Source: a plasmid. From it: a DNA stretch of 64,000 bases. The stretch lies in sequence record NZ_CP119397.1, one strand, 5' to 3'. The position numbers and the translations under genes were made by a program. This document shows, in pieces, positions 9,392 to 17,679 of this stretch. Each line of letters begins with the position of its first letter. Positions within the stretch are counted from its first letter, which is position 1. The notes beneath the pieces were generated by a model, which saw only the letters and a list, made by a program, of their open reading frames with translations, was not told the origin of the DNA and ran no database searches.

Positions 9392-10318
9392 TTAACACCC
9401 GGCGGCGATGAAATCCCCGTTGGCGCTGACCGGGATCACCGAGGTAAACAGCACCAGCGCAAACAGCATCAGCAGCGCGCCGCCGCACATCATCACGCCA
9501 CGGGCCACCGGCGGCAGGTAACGCCCTGCCAGCCCGCCCGGCGCGGCAATAATCCGCTCCCGCGCGTGGTGCACCAGCGTCGCCAGCAGTGTGACGGCCA
9601 GGGCCGTGCCGAGCGCCATCGCCATCACCGCGATCATGCCCCAGGTAAACATGCCGAGGGCATTGGCAAACACCAGGATCAGAATCGCGCCGCTGCAAGG
9701 CCGGATGCCGATGGCCGCGATCACCCACAGGGCGTTTTTCCCGCCGGTATCCGGCGGGTGAGAATGCCCGCAACCGCAGCCCGCGTCATGCTGCGCACTG
9801 CCGCGCCCATTCACCCCGGCGGCGCGCAGCATCACCACCAGCCCGAACGCGGCGATCAGCAATGCGCTGATTTTCTCCACCCAGTAGCGGCTGCGGCTGA
9901 GATCGCCCATCGAGAAATTAAACAGCACCGCCAGCACCAGCACGAACAGGATCGCGGTCACCCCCTGCGTCAGGCTGCCGAGCAGGGTGATGATCCGGCT
10001 GGTGTTCAGTTGCTGCCGGTGGCTGGCCAGATAGGTGGTGATAACAAATTTACCGTGGCCCGGCCCCACCGCGTGCAGCACCCCGTAGAGAAAACTGCAC
10101 AGCGTCAGCATCAGCCCGCCGCTGGCCTGGTGGTTATGCTGTTGCAGCAGATAGAGCACCAGAGAGCGGTGCAGGTAAATCTGCGCATTGAGGCAGGCCT
10201 GGATAAAGTCCGGCCAGTAGCGGCTGAGCAGCGCCGACGAGGCAGCCAGCAGGAGTGCGCCGGTCGCGAGCATGGCGAGGGCGGCAGGGTTGGCATTTTT
10301 CAGTGACAGACTCTTCAT
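9392..10318 (-). CDS. NicO/RcnA-family nickel/cobalt permease
   Basis: HAVGPGHGK signature and a Cys/His-rich loop (GCGCGHSHPPD). True start is MKSLSLKNA; the 447-aa ORF is an upstream extension. The ATG overlaps the stop of the ABC permease, so the two are translationally coupled. Confidence 0.7.
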   Translation of the reverse strand: MKSLSLKNANPAALAMLATGALLLAASSALLSRYWPDFIQACLNAQIYLHRSLVLYLLQQHNHQASGGLMLTLCSFLYGVLHAVGPGHGKFVITTYLASHRQQLNTSRIITLLGSLTQGVTAILFVLVLAVLFNFSMGDLSRSRYWVEKISALLIAAFGLVVMLRAAGVNGRGSAQHDAGCGCGHSHPPDTGGKNALWVIAAIGIRPCSGAILILVFANALGMFTWGMIAVMAMALGTALAVTLLATLVHHARERIIAAPGGLAGRYLPPVARGVMMCGGALLMLFALVLFTSVIPVSANGDFIAAGC

Positions 10319-12108
10319 CAGGCAGCCCCAATAGTGGTTGACCTGTTGACTATAGTTGCCCGTGCCCGTCTGCGCCGCCCCGCCAGCCCGGCGGTGGTCA
10401 CCGCCAGTACTGAAAACAGCACCAGCGCGCCACCGGGCGCAAGCACTGCCCAGCCTGCACGCTCGAGGTACGGCATCCCTTCGGCCAGCACCCGCCCCCA
10501 CTCCGGCGCGGGCGGCGGTGCGCCCAGCCCCAGGAAACCGAGCGCCGCCAGCGCCAGCACAATCCCCGGCAGCCGTAACATCGCATGGCGCAGCAACGGC
10601 CCGCTCAGCGCCGGGAGCAGATAACGCAGCGTCCGCCGCCACGGGCCGACCCCCAGCACCGGCAGAATGCGGATATGCGGCTGGGCGTTGATCTCGCTGA
10701 CCAGCGCGGCGGTGTGCGCCGCCAGCGGTGCCCAACTGGTGGCCATCACCGCCAGCGCCGCGCCCCCGGCGGTCGGGCCGTTCACCGCCGCCACCACCAG
10801 CCCGGCAATCACCGGCGGCATGGCGTTGGCGGCCTCCACCGGGCCGCTGCTCAGGCGCGGAAACAGCCCGGCCAGCAGCCCGATCGCCAGGCTGGCAAAC
10901 GTCACCGCCAGCGCCAGCGCACAGGTATGCAGCGCGCCATGCGCCACCCGCGCCAGCAGATCGCGCCCGGTGGCATCCGCCCCGAACGGCAGATCCCAGC
11001 CGGGCGGCTGCAAGCGCATAAACATCGGCGTGACAGGGTCACGCGGCAGGCCGGCGATAACCGTAATGAGCAGCAGCAGCGCACACGCAGCCGGGACGAT
11101 CCACGCCCCCGGCGGCAGGCGGGGCGCCGGCATGGCAGCCGGTAACGCCCCGGCGTGCAGTGCCGGGCCAAGCAGTGCGCGCCGTCCCAGATTGGCCGCT
11201 GCACCGACGCCACACGCCAGCAGCAACAGCAGCAGCAGGCCGGTCTGCAACGCCGGGAGATCCTGCGCCGCCACCGCGCCCAGTGTGGCGCGCCCCAGCC
11301 CCGGAATGGCGAACACTTTTTCCACCGCCATTGCCCCGCCGGTCAGCCCGATGATCACCAGCCCGACCTGTGACAGCAGCCCCGGCAGCGTGCGCCGGAA
11401 CACTGCCGCGGCAATCTGGCGGCGCGGCACACCGGCCATCTGCCAGGTCAACAGCCATTTCTCATGGAAGGTGGCGGCGAACGCATCAGAAAAGAGCCGC
11501 CCCAGCAGCCCCCCGGCCGGGATCCCCAGCGCCAGCGCCGGTAACACCGCATGGTGCAGGCTGCGCCAGCCAAAGGGCGGGAACGCCTGAAGCCAGACCG
11601 CCCCCACCAGCAACAACAGGGAGGCCAGCAAAAACTCCGGCAAGGCGGTCAGCGCGGCGGGCACGCTGCCGCCGGGGCGCTGCGCCCGGCCTTTCAGCCC
11701 GGCCAGAAACGGGCGCAGGCAGATAAGCCCGGCCACCAGCACGGCCACCAGCAGCGCAAACGCCATCAGCGTCAGGGAGACACCGGCTGCCTGCAACATC
11801 CCCGGCCCGACCGGCTGGCCGGACACCCAGGAGGTGCCGGCATCGCCGTGCAGCAGGCCGCGCAGCCACTGTTGCAGCAGTGCCGGCGGCCCTTGTTCCA
11901 GCCCGAGCGCCTCGCGGATGGCGTTGAGTGTCTCCGGTGTCGCCTCCTGATCGCCGGATCGCGCCCGCAGCAGCGCCAGCGCCGGATCGCGGCCGGAGAG
12001 CCACGGCAACATCCCCACCAGGGCCACCACCGCGCCCAGCGTGACGAGGCGTGACAGCAGCGGCAACAGCCTGTCTGCCCCCAGGCAGAATCGATGAAAA
12101 ACGCGCAC
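10318..12108 (-). CDS. ABC transporter permease, fused NikB-NikC/DppB-DppC-like double permease
   Basis: 596 aa. The N-half resembles DppB/NikB, and the C-half (PPGWDLPFGADATGRDLLARV...) resembles DppC/NikC. The two permease domains are fused in a single ORF. Confidence 0.75.
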   Translation of the reverse strand: MRVFHRFCLGADRLLPLLSRLVTLGAVVALVGMLPWLSGRDPALALLRARSGDQEATPETLNAIREALGLEQGPPALLQQWLRGLLHGDAGTSWVSGQPVGPGMLQAAGVSLTLMAFALLVAVLVAGLICLRPFLAGLKGRAQRPGGSVPAALTALPEFLLASLLLLVGAVWLQAFPPFGWRSLHHAVLPALALGIPAGGLLGRLFSDAFAATFHEKWLLTWQMAGVPRRQIAAAVFRRTLPGLLSQVGLVIIGLTGGAMAVEKVFAIPGLGRATLGAVAAQDLPALQTGLLLLLLLACGVGAAANLGRRALLGPALHAGALPAAMPAPRLPPGAWIVPAACALLLLITVIAGLPRDPVTPMFMRLQPPGWDLPFGADATGRDLLARVAHGALHTCALALAVTFASLAIGLLAGLFPRLSSGPVEAANAMPPVIAGLVVAAVNGPTAGGAALAVMATSWAPLAAHTAALVSEINAQPHIRILPVLGVGPWRRTLRYLLPALSGPLLRHAMLRLPGIVLALAALGFLGLGAPPPAPEWGRVLAEGMPYLERAGWAVLAPGGALVLFSVLAVTTAGLAGRRRRARATIVNRSTTIGAA

Positions 12109-12111
12109 GGC

Positions 12112-13617
12112 TTAGTCCGTTAACACTGTGGTGTCAGAGGTGACCAGCATCCGTTCACGCGGATCGCGCGCCGCCTCGCGTACGCCCGCCGCTTCGCCCT
12201 GGATAACCCGTTCATGCAGCAGCGGCAGGGCCGCATCAGAGGCCAGAATCAGCTGCTCGGCCGCCATGATCGCCTGCCGCCGTTCAGCCCCGGCCGGGAT
12301 GGCCGCCGCCTGCTCCAGCGCCTGATCGATGCGCGCATCACAGAGTTGCGACAGGTTAAACGACCCTTTACAGGCGAAATCGCTGTAGAGATAGGCCACA
12401 GGGTCGCCTGAGTCCAGCACCGTGGCGCGGGAGAGGATAAAGGCATCGAACTTGCCTGCCAGCGCGTCTGCTTCGATATGCGCGTACTCCCGCACCACCT
12501 GTTTCACCGTGAACCCGGCGGCGCTGAGTTGCTGGGCGAGATAGGTCGCGACTTCCGGCAGTTCGGCGCGGTCACTGAAGGTCGCCAGGGTGATGGTCGC
12601 GCCGTTGGGTGACGCCGGTGCAGTGGGTGCGGCCACCGGTTGACGCAACGCGGCCGCCCACGGCAGCGCCGGGCCAAGCAGCCCGTCGGCACGGTCAGCG
12701 CGGCGTTCATAGACGTTGTCGATCAGTTGCTGCCGGTTAAGTGCCTGACGTGCCGCCGCCCGCAATGCCGGGTCACGGAACGGGCCGGTGCGGGTGTTGA
12801 GGTACAGGGTATTGGTGCGCGGCATCGGCACTTCATGCACCCGTTGCGGGTCGAGCAGCGCCACCTGTGACACCGGCACCGCCTCGACGATGTCCGCGGT
12901 GTGGGTACGTAAGGCGGCGGCGCGCGCGGTGCCGTCCGGCACAAAGGCCACATCAATGCCCGCCGCGCGCGCTTTGGTGCCCCAGTAATGCGCAAAACGG
13001 TCGAGCCGGGCGCTGCTGGTGCCGTTGACCTGCGTCAGCACAAACGGCCCGGTGCCGGCTTTCACCGGGTTGACCACGCCGTTTTTGCCATAGGCGGAAG
13101 GCGCGAGGATGGCGAGTTGCGGGCTGGAGAGCCGCTGCGGGATCAGCGGGTCAGGCCGGGCGGTGGTGACGATCACGTTGTGATCACCGTCCGCCACCGC
13201 ATCCAGAGCTACGCCGTCGAGGATGCGCGGTTTCGGCGCGGCATGGGCGGCGGTGGTCAGCGCATTCACCACACTTTCGGCGGTCAGTGGGCTGCCGTCG
13301 TGGAACTGCACGCCTTCACGCAAGGTAAAACGCCAGCGCCGGGCATCAAGCTGTTGCCAGTGGGTCGCCAGCGCCGGTTGCGCCTCGCCTAATGGGTCCA
13401 GCGTCACCAGGGTTTCCGCCGTGCGCCAGCGGGAGAGCTTAAAGGCGTCGTCACTCAGCGGCGTCAGCCCGGAACGCGGCGGCTGAAGCATCGCCAGCCG
13501 GATCCGCGGCCCGTCGTCCTCCTGCGTTTCCGGCGGCGGTTCATTGAAACAGCCTGACAGCAACAGCATGCCGGCCAGCAGACCGGCCTTCGGCAGGGAA
13601 AAAAACGGGTTATTCAC
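12112..13617 (-). CDS. ABC substrate-binding lipoprotein, family 5 (NikA/DppA-like)
   Basis: GTG start with AAGGA RBS gives a signal peptide plus lipobox LLLSGC. Family-5 SBP length (~500 aa). Confidence 0.7.
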   Translation of the reverse strand: MNNPFFSLPKAGLLAGMLLLSGCFNEPPPETQEDDGPRIRLAMLQPPRSGLTPLSDDAFKLSRWRTAETLVTLDPLGEAQPALATHWQQLDARRWRFTLREGVQFHDGSPLTAESVVNALTTAAHAAPKPRILDGVALDAVADGDHNVIVTTARPDPLIPQRLSSPQLAILAPSAYGKNGVVNPVKAGTGPFVLTQVNGTSSARLDRFAHYWGTKARAAGIDVAFVPDGTARAAALRTHTADIVEAVPVSQVALLDPQRVHEVPMPRTNTLYLNTRTGPFRDPALRAAARQALNRQQLIDNVYERRADRADGLLGPALPWAAALRQPVAAPTAPASPNGATITLATFSDRAELPEVATYLAQQLSAAGFTVKQVVREYAHIEADALAGKFDAFILSRATVLDSGDPVAYLYSDFACKGSFNLSQLCDARIDQALEQAAAIPAGAERRQAIMAAEQLILASDAALPLLHERVIQGEAAGVREAARDPRERMLVTSDTTVLTD

Positions 13618-13637
13618 GGGATTGTCCTTTTTAACGC

Positions 13638-14414
13638 TCAGGAGGCGAGGCGCGGGGCCGTCAGCCGGGGAACCGCAGCCAGCAGGGCGCGGGTACAAGG
13701 GTGGGCCGGGCCGGCCAGTAACTGGGCGGTGGGGCGATCTTCCACGATCTGCCCCTGCTCCAGCACCACCATCCGCGGGCACAGGGCGGCCACGCAGGCC
13801 ATATCATGGGAGACCATCAGCATCCCCATGCCGGTTTCCGCCGCCAGGTGGGCGAACAGCGCGGTAATCTGCTCACGCAGCGGCAAATCCAGGCTGCTGA
13901 GCGGCTCATCCGCCAGCAAAAAGTCGGGCCGTAGGATGATGGCGCGGGCGATCGCCACCCGCTGCGCCTGCCCGCCCGAGAGCTGCCCGGCGCACTGGTG
14001 CGCGATGCTGCCCGCCAGCCCGACCTGATCCAGCACCTCGGCGATGCGTCGTGCCGGGTCACGTTCATGGCCCAACCGGCGCAACGGCTCAAGCAACAGA
14101 TCGCTGACGCGCATCTGTGGGTGCAGGCTGGTGGCCGGGTCCTGCGGGATGTATTGCACGCGGCGTCGGTAGTCGCGCAGCGAGCGCACCGACCCCGGCC
14201 GCACCGGCTGTTGTAAGCAGCAGATGGTGCCTTGCGTGGCCGGGGCCAGCGCCAGCAGCAGGTTCAGCAGTGTGGATTTGCCGCTGCCGGAGCGCCCCAC
14301 CAGCCCGATGCGCTCGCCCGCCTGCATATGCAGCGTGATGTCATGCAGCAGCGGCTGGGCGGTGTACGGCGGGCGGTAGCTTACGCCGTCCATTGTCAGG
14401 AAAGGCATCGTCAT
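13638..14414 (-). CDS. ABC transporter ATP-binding protein (NikE/DppF-like)
   Basis: Walker A GRSGSGKST, LSGGQAQR signature and Walker B LLLADEP. Confidence 0.8.
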   Translation of the reverse strand: MTMPFLTMDGVSYRPPYTAQPLLHDITLHMQAGERIGLVGRSGSGKSTLLNLLLALAPATQGTICCLQQPVRPGSVRSLRDYRRRVQYIPQDPATSLHPQMRVSDLLLEPLRRLGHERDPARRIAEVLDQVGLAGSIAHQCAGQLSGGQAQRVAIARAIILRPDFLLADEPLSSLDLPLREQITALFAHLAAETGMGMLMVSHDMACVAALCPRMVVLEQGQIVEDRPTAQLLAGPAHPCTRALLAAVPRLTAPRLAS

Positions 14415-15229
14415 AGCGCCCTCACCGCAGGCATCGCCGGGTGCAGCGGGGCAATCGCCTCCCCCGCGCGGCGGGCGGCGCTCACCAGCTCACGGGTATA
14501 GGGGTGTTGCGGGGCGTAAGTCAGCTGGTCAAAGGTGCCCTGCTCCACGATCCGCCCTTGCGCCATCACCAGCGCGCGTTGGCATAAATGGGCCGCGAGC
14601 GCGATATCATGGGTGATAAACAGCAGTGCAGGCGGTTCCGGTTGGGCGGTCAGGCGGGTCAGCGCGGCCACCACATGCTGCTGGGTGGTGAGATCCAGCG
14701 CGGTGGTCGGCTCATCGGCCACCACCAGCCGGTGGCGGCAGGCCAGCGCCAGCGCAATGCAGACCCGCTGGCGCTGGCCGCCGGAGAGTTGCATCGGGTA
14801 ACGGGACAGGATGGCCGCCGGGTCGTCAAAATCCACCTCGCGCAGCAGCGACGCAGCCCGCGCGGCGGCGTCGCCCGGCTGGGTCGCCAGCACCTTCATC
14901 AGTTGCTTCCCGACCGTCACCAGCGGGTTGAGCGCAGAGGCGGAGTCCTGAAAAATCGCGGCCACCCGCTGCCCTGCTGCGCGCCTGGCCGGGTGCAGCC
15001 CTGCTACCTCATGGCCGTCAAGGCGTACACTGCCGCGCCAGGTGGCCTCTGGCGGCAGCACGCCGAGCAGCGCCCCGGCCGTCAGGGATTTTCCGCAACC
15101 GGACGCGCCAATCAGCGCCACCCGCTCACCGGCCCGCAGGCTAAACGAGAGCGGCGACAGTTTTTCCTCACCGGCAATCGCCAGTGAAAACGCTGAAACA
15201 ACCAATAACTCTGCGGTTCCGTTCGCCAA
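14411..15229 (-). CDS. ABC transporter ATP-binding protein (NikD/DppD-like)
   Basis: Walker A GASGCGKS, LSGGQRQR and VVADEPTTALD. Probably a TTG start. Overlaps the next ATPase by 4 nt. Confidence 0.75.
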   Translation of the reverse strand: MANGTAELLVVSAFSLAIAGEEKLSPLSFSLRAGERVALIGASGCGKSLTAGALLGVLPPEATWRGSVRLDGHEVAGLHPARRAAGQRVAAIFQDSASALNPLVTVGKQLMKVLATQPGDAAARAASLLREVDFDDPAAILSRYPMQLSGGQRQRVCIALALACRHRLVVADEPTTALDLTTQQHVVAALTRLTAQPEPPALLFITHDIALAAHLCQRALVMAQGRIVEQGTFDQLTYAPQHPYTRELVSAARRAGEAIAPLHPAMPAVRAL

Positions 15230-15333
15230 AACGTCTGCCCTTTATCCAAATTCTGCTTCTTGATATGTAATAACATAACAATTTGTCCACAGAGCTTGCA
15301 ACCACGGCATACCGGAAAAGGCAAAATTCAGGC

Positions 15334-15360
15334 ATAAAAAAAGGGAGGCGATGCCTCCCT
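15334..15360 (-). terminator. rho-independent terminator (gggaggcatcgcctccc + T7 on minus strand)
   Basis: Lies immediately downstream of NicO gene 2. It separates the DUF1007-NicO operon from the ABC operon. Confidence 0.65.
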
Positions 15361-15367
15361 GTGGGGG

Positions 15368-16378
15368 TTAGCGCAGCAAGGGATTGCCGCTGCCGGTCAG
15401 CCCCGGCTGGGCGCTGAACCAGAGGAACAGCCCGGTCGCCAGCAGCAACAGCCCCCCGGCGAGGGTCAGGGAAGCGCGGCCGATACGTCGCCAGGCGGGC
15501 ACCGGGCCGCTGCGCAGGTTGCGCATCAACAGCCGCTGGAGGCTGTGCACGCCCAATGCCAGCAGCGAAATGGTCAGCGAGGTGCCGAACGCCATCACAA
15601 ACGCCGCCACCACGCCCCAGAGGTAAGCGCCGATCACCTTGGCGAACAGCAGCATCATGATGGCGCCCGAGCAAGGGCGCAGCCCCATCGATAGCACCAG
15701 CGCGACGCGGGTGCGCCAATCCCCCGCCGCTGCCAGTGCCTCATCGGTCGGCATATGGCGGTGGCCACAGCCGCAGTGTTCGCTGTGCACATGCGGCTCC
15801 CCCTTCAGCGGCCGCAATGCCCGGAACGGCTGCCGCAGGCTGTGCCAGTGCTGGCGCAGCGCCCTGAATGCGCGGCCCATCAACAGCACGCCCAGCCCCA
15901 TTACCAGCAGGTAACTGCCGCGCTCCAGCCAGAAACTGCTCTGGTGCAACTGGCGGGAGGAGAGATCAAACACGCCGAGCAGCAGCGTCACCAGCGCCAC
16001 TGCCACGCTGCCCTGTAACAGCGACGCGGCAAAGGTCAGGCACAGGCTACTTTTCAACCGGGAGGGGTGGGTCGCCAGATAGGTGGTGATCACCAGTTTG
16101 CCGTGCCCCGGCCCGGCTGCGTGGAGGATGCCGTACAACAGGCTGAACAGCACCAGAACCAGCCCGGCGCGTTGCGGCTCGGCCCTGACCTGCTGCATCA
16201 GCGCGGCGATCTGCCCGTTCAGGCTGCGCTGCCACTGGGTGCCCTGCCACAGCAGCGAGGGCCAGTGCTGCATCAGCCACAACCCGCCCAACAGCAGCAC
16301 GGCTGCCAGCAACAGCAGCGGCCAGAGCTGGAGCCAACGGCGGCGGCGTAAAGTCTGTGTCTGGGAAATCACTGGCAT
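15368..16378 (-). CDS. NicO/RcnA-family nickel/cobalt permease (second copy)
   Basis: HAAGPGHGK signature and HSEHCGCGHRH metal loop. Paralogous to gene 9392..10318. Confidence 0.7.
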   Translation of the reverse strand: MPVISQTQTLRRRRWLQLWPLLLLAAVLLLGGLWLMQHWPSLLWQGTQWQRSLNGQIAALMQQVRAEPQRAGLVLVLFSLLYGILHAAGPGHGKLVITTYLATHPSRLKSSLCLTFAASLLQGSVAVALVTLLLGVFDLSSRQLHQSSFWLERGSYLLVMGLGVLLMGRAFRALRQHWHSLRQPFRALRPLKGEPHVHSEHCGCGHRHMPTDEALAAAGDWRTRVALVLSMGLRPCSGAIMMLLFAKVIGAYLWGVVAAFVMAFGTSLTISLLALGVHSLQRLLMRNLRSGPVPAWRRIGRASLTLAGGLLLLATGLFLWFSAQPGLTGSGNPLLR

Positions 16379-16995
16379 GTCAGGGTCACCTTCTGGGCAA
16401 ACTGGCGGCCGAGATCCATGTCTTCCGGCGGCGCATCGGCTTTATCCAGCGACAGGGCATAGTTCTGGAGCGAGGCGTCAGGCGTTGGGGTGTCCAGCGT
16501 AATGGTGCAGGCGTCCATCTCCGGCGGGAGGTGCAGGCTGGCGGCGTTTTCATAATGCATATCAACGAAATAGGTCGGGTCAAAGGTGGAGAAGGTATAC
16601 GTCTGGCCTTTGAGCGGCTGCGGCGTGGCCAGCGGCAGCATATACTCCAGCACTGCCTTATGCCCTTCACGCAGCAGGCGGTAAGAGGGCGGCAGGTTAT
16701 GGAATTTGACCCGCTGGCCGTCATGGTAGAACTCGGTGAAATAGTGCTGGCCCAACACGTTGGCCATCACCTCAGCGGCGAGCTTTTTCCATACTTCCGA
16801 GTCGGGCGGCGCGTCCCCGGCGTCATACAGCAGATCGGCAGAAGTGATTTCATCCATCGTCCAGCGCATCTGCAGGCCGGTCAGCTGCGCATCCTGCTGG
16901 AGGAGCGTCGCCTGCATGGTGATAAAGCTGTGCGGGTGCGCCCACGCCAGCGGCGCGCAAACCGACAACAGCAGGGGCAGATAAGAGAGTCGCAT
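16369..16995 (-). CDS. DUF1007-family periplasmic protein (partner of NicO permeases)
   Basis: Signal peptide MRLSYLPLLLSVCAPLAWA. Overlaps the NicO start by 10 nt. DUF1007+NicO pairs are a recognised metal-transport module. Confidence 0.6.
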   Translation of the reverse strand: MRLSYLPLLLSVCAPLAWAHPHSFITMQATLLQQDAQLTGLQMRWTMDEITSADLLYDAGDAPPDSEVWKKLAAEVMANVLGQHYFTEFYHDGQRVKFHNLPPSYRLLREGHKAVLEYMLPLATPQPLKGQTYTFSTFDPTYFVDMHYENAASLHLPPEMDACTITLDTPTPDASLQNYALSLDKADAPPEDMDLGRQFAQKVTLTCQ

Positions 16996-17178
16996 AGTGC
17001 TACGGCGTCCTGGTTGTTAACCACAAGCGCGGACAATATCGGCTCCGGGCGGTGGTGGCAAGCGTGGGGAAAGCAGGCCCGCCGCCGCGGCGCCCTGTGC
17101 CATGTGGCACATCACCCGAATTTCTCGTTGCGCGTATGATACCCCGCAATTTATCCACATAGATTGCAAGGGATTCTT

Positions 17179-17676
17179 ATGCCGCAACACTACACCAATG
17201 CTCTGACCCCGGCCTTAGTGGCGTCGATAAATGAACCTGTGTTTACCGCTGCTCAGCTTGCGGAGATGAACGACGACGCCCGAGTGCTGATAGCCACCCA
17301 GGAAGCATTCCATCGCGCGCATCCGGTAACGGCCATTTACCGCCTCGCCGTGGCAGGCAGCCTGACCCGCCGCGGCGGCGTGGCCGATGAGTTTAACCCT
17401 GACCCAGAACAGGGCTATAAAATCCGGCTCAGTGACGGCCAATGGGTGAGTGTGCTGACAGAAGGCTGCACCGTCACCTACCCGGACGGCAGCACCGCGC
17501 GGATTATCAGCAGTGCCGGCAGCCTGCACATGTTTAAAGACCGGGGCGTGGCGCTGGTCGGCAGCCGCCTCGATAACGGCGATGAGATTATCAGCACGCC
17601 CCAGGGCAGCTGCTACCTCATCGCGCAGCAGGGCGTGCCGATGCCGGAGGATTTCCTGCTCGTCATCAGGGCGTAA
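17179..17676 (+). CDS. hypothetical protein upstream of PAAR-like toxin (possible adaptor/chaperone)
   Basis: ORF 17164..17676 with AAGGGA RBS before MPQHYTN. No recognisable motif. Position immediately 5' of the toxin gene, with a 4-nt gap. Confidence 0.4.
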   Translation: MPQHYTNALTPALVASINEPVFTAAQLAEMNDDARVLIATQEAFHRAHPVTAIYRLAVAGSLTRRGGVADEFNPDPEQGYKIRLSDGQWVSVLTEGCTVTYPDGSTARIISSAGSLHMFKDRGVALVGSRLDNGDEIISTPQGSCYLIAQQGVPMPEDFLLVIRA

Positions 17677-17679
17677 CCT

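Noticed and set aside
9392-10735. 447-aa ORF implying a long N-terminal extension on the NicO permease
   Set aside because: The extension is Gly/Ala/Arg-rich low-complexity sequence in the wrong frame context. A proper start (MKSLSLKNA) sits exactly at the stop of the upstream ABC permease (10318). The extension overlaps that gene's 3' coding region.
10356-11590. Several long ORFs antisense to the ABC permease/SBP genes (e.g. 10667..11590 +, 11551..12054 +, 10585..11145 +)
   Set aside because: These are shadow ORFs typical of 65-70% GC coding DNA. They have low-complexity Ala/Arg/Pro-rich products, no RBS, and are fully nested in well-supported genes.
12112-13782. 556-aa version of the ABC substrate-binding protein
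   Set aside because: The upstream 55 codons overlap the ATPase gene and lack signal-peptide character. The GTG at 13617 with an AAGGA RBS gives a canonical lipoprotein signal (LLSGC).
17080-17163. Possible NikR box (GTATGA half-site) or palindrome ccatgtggcacatc upstream of the DUF1007 gene
   Set aside because: Only one good half-site is present and the spacing does not match GTATGA-N16-TCATAC. Treated as unsupported.
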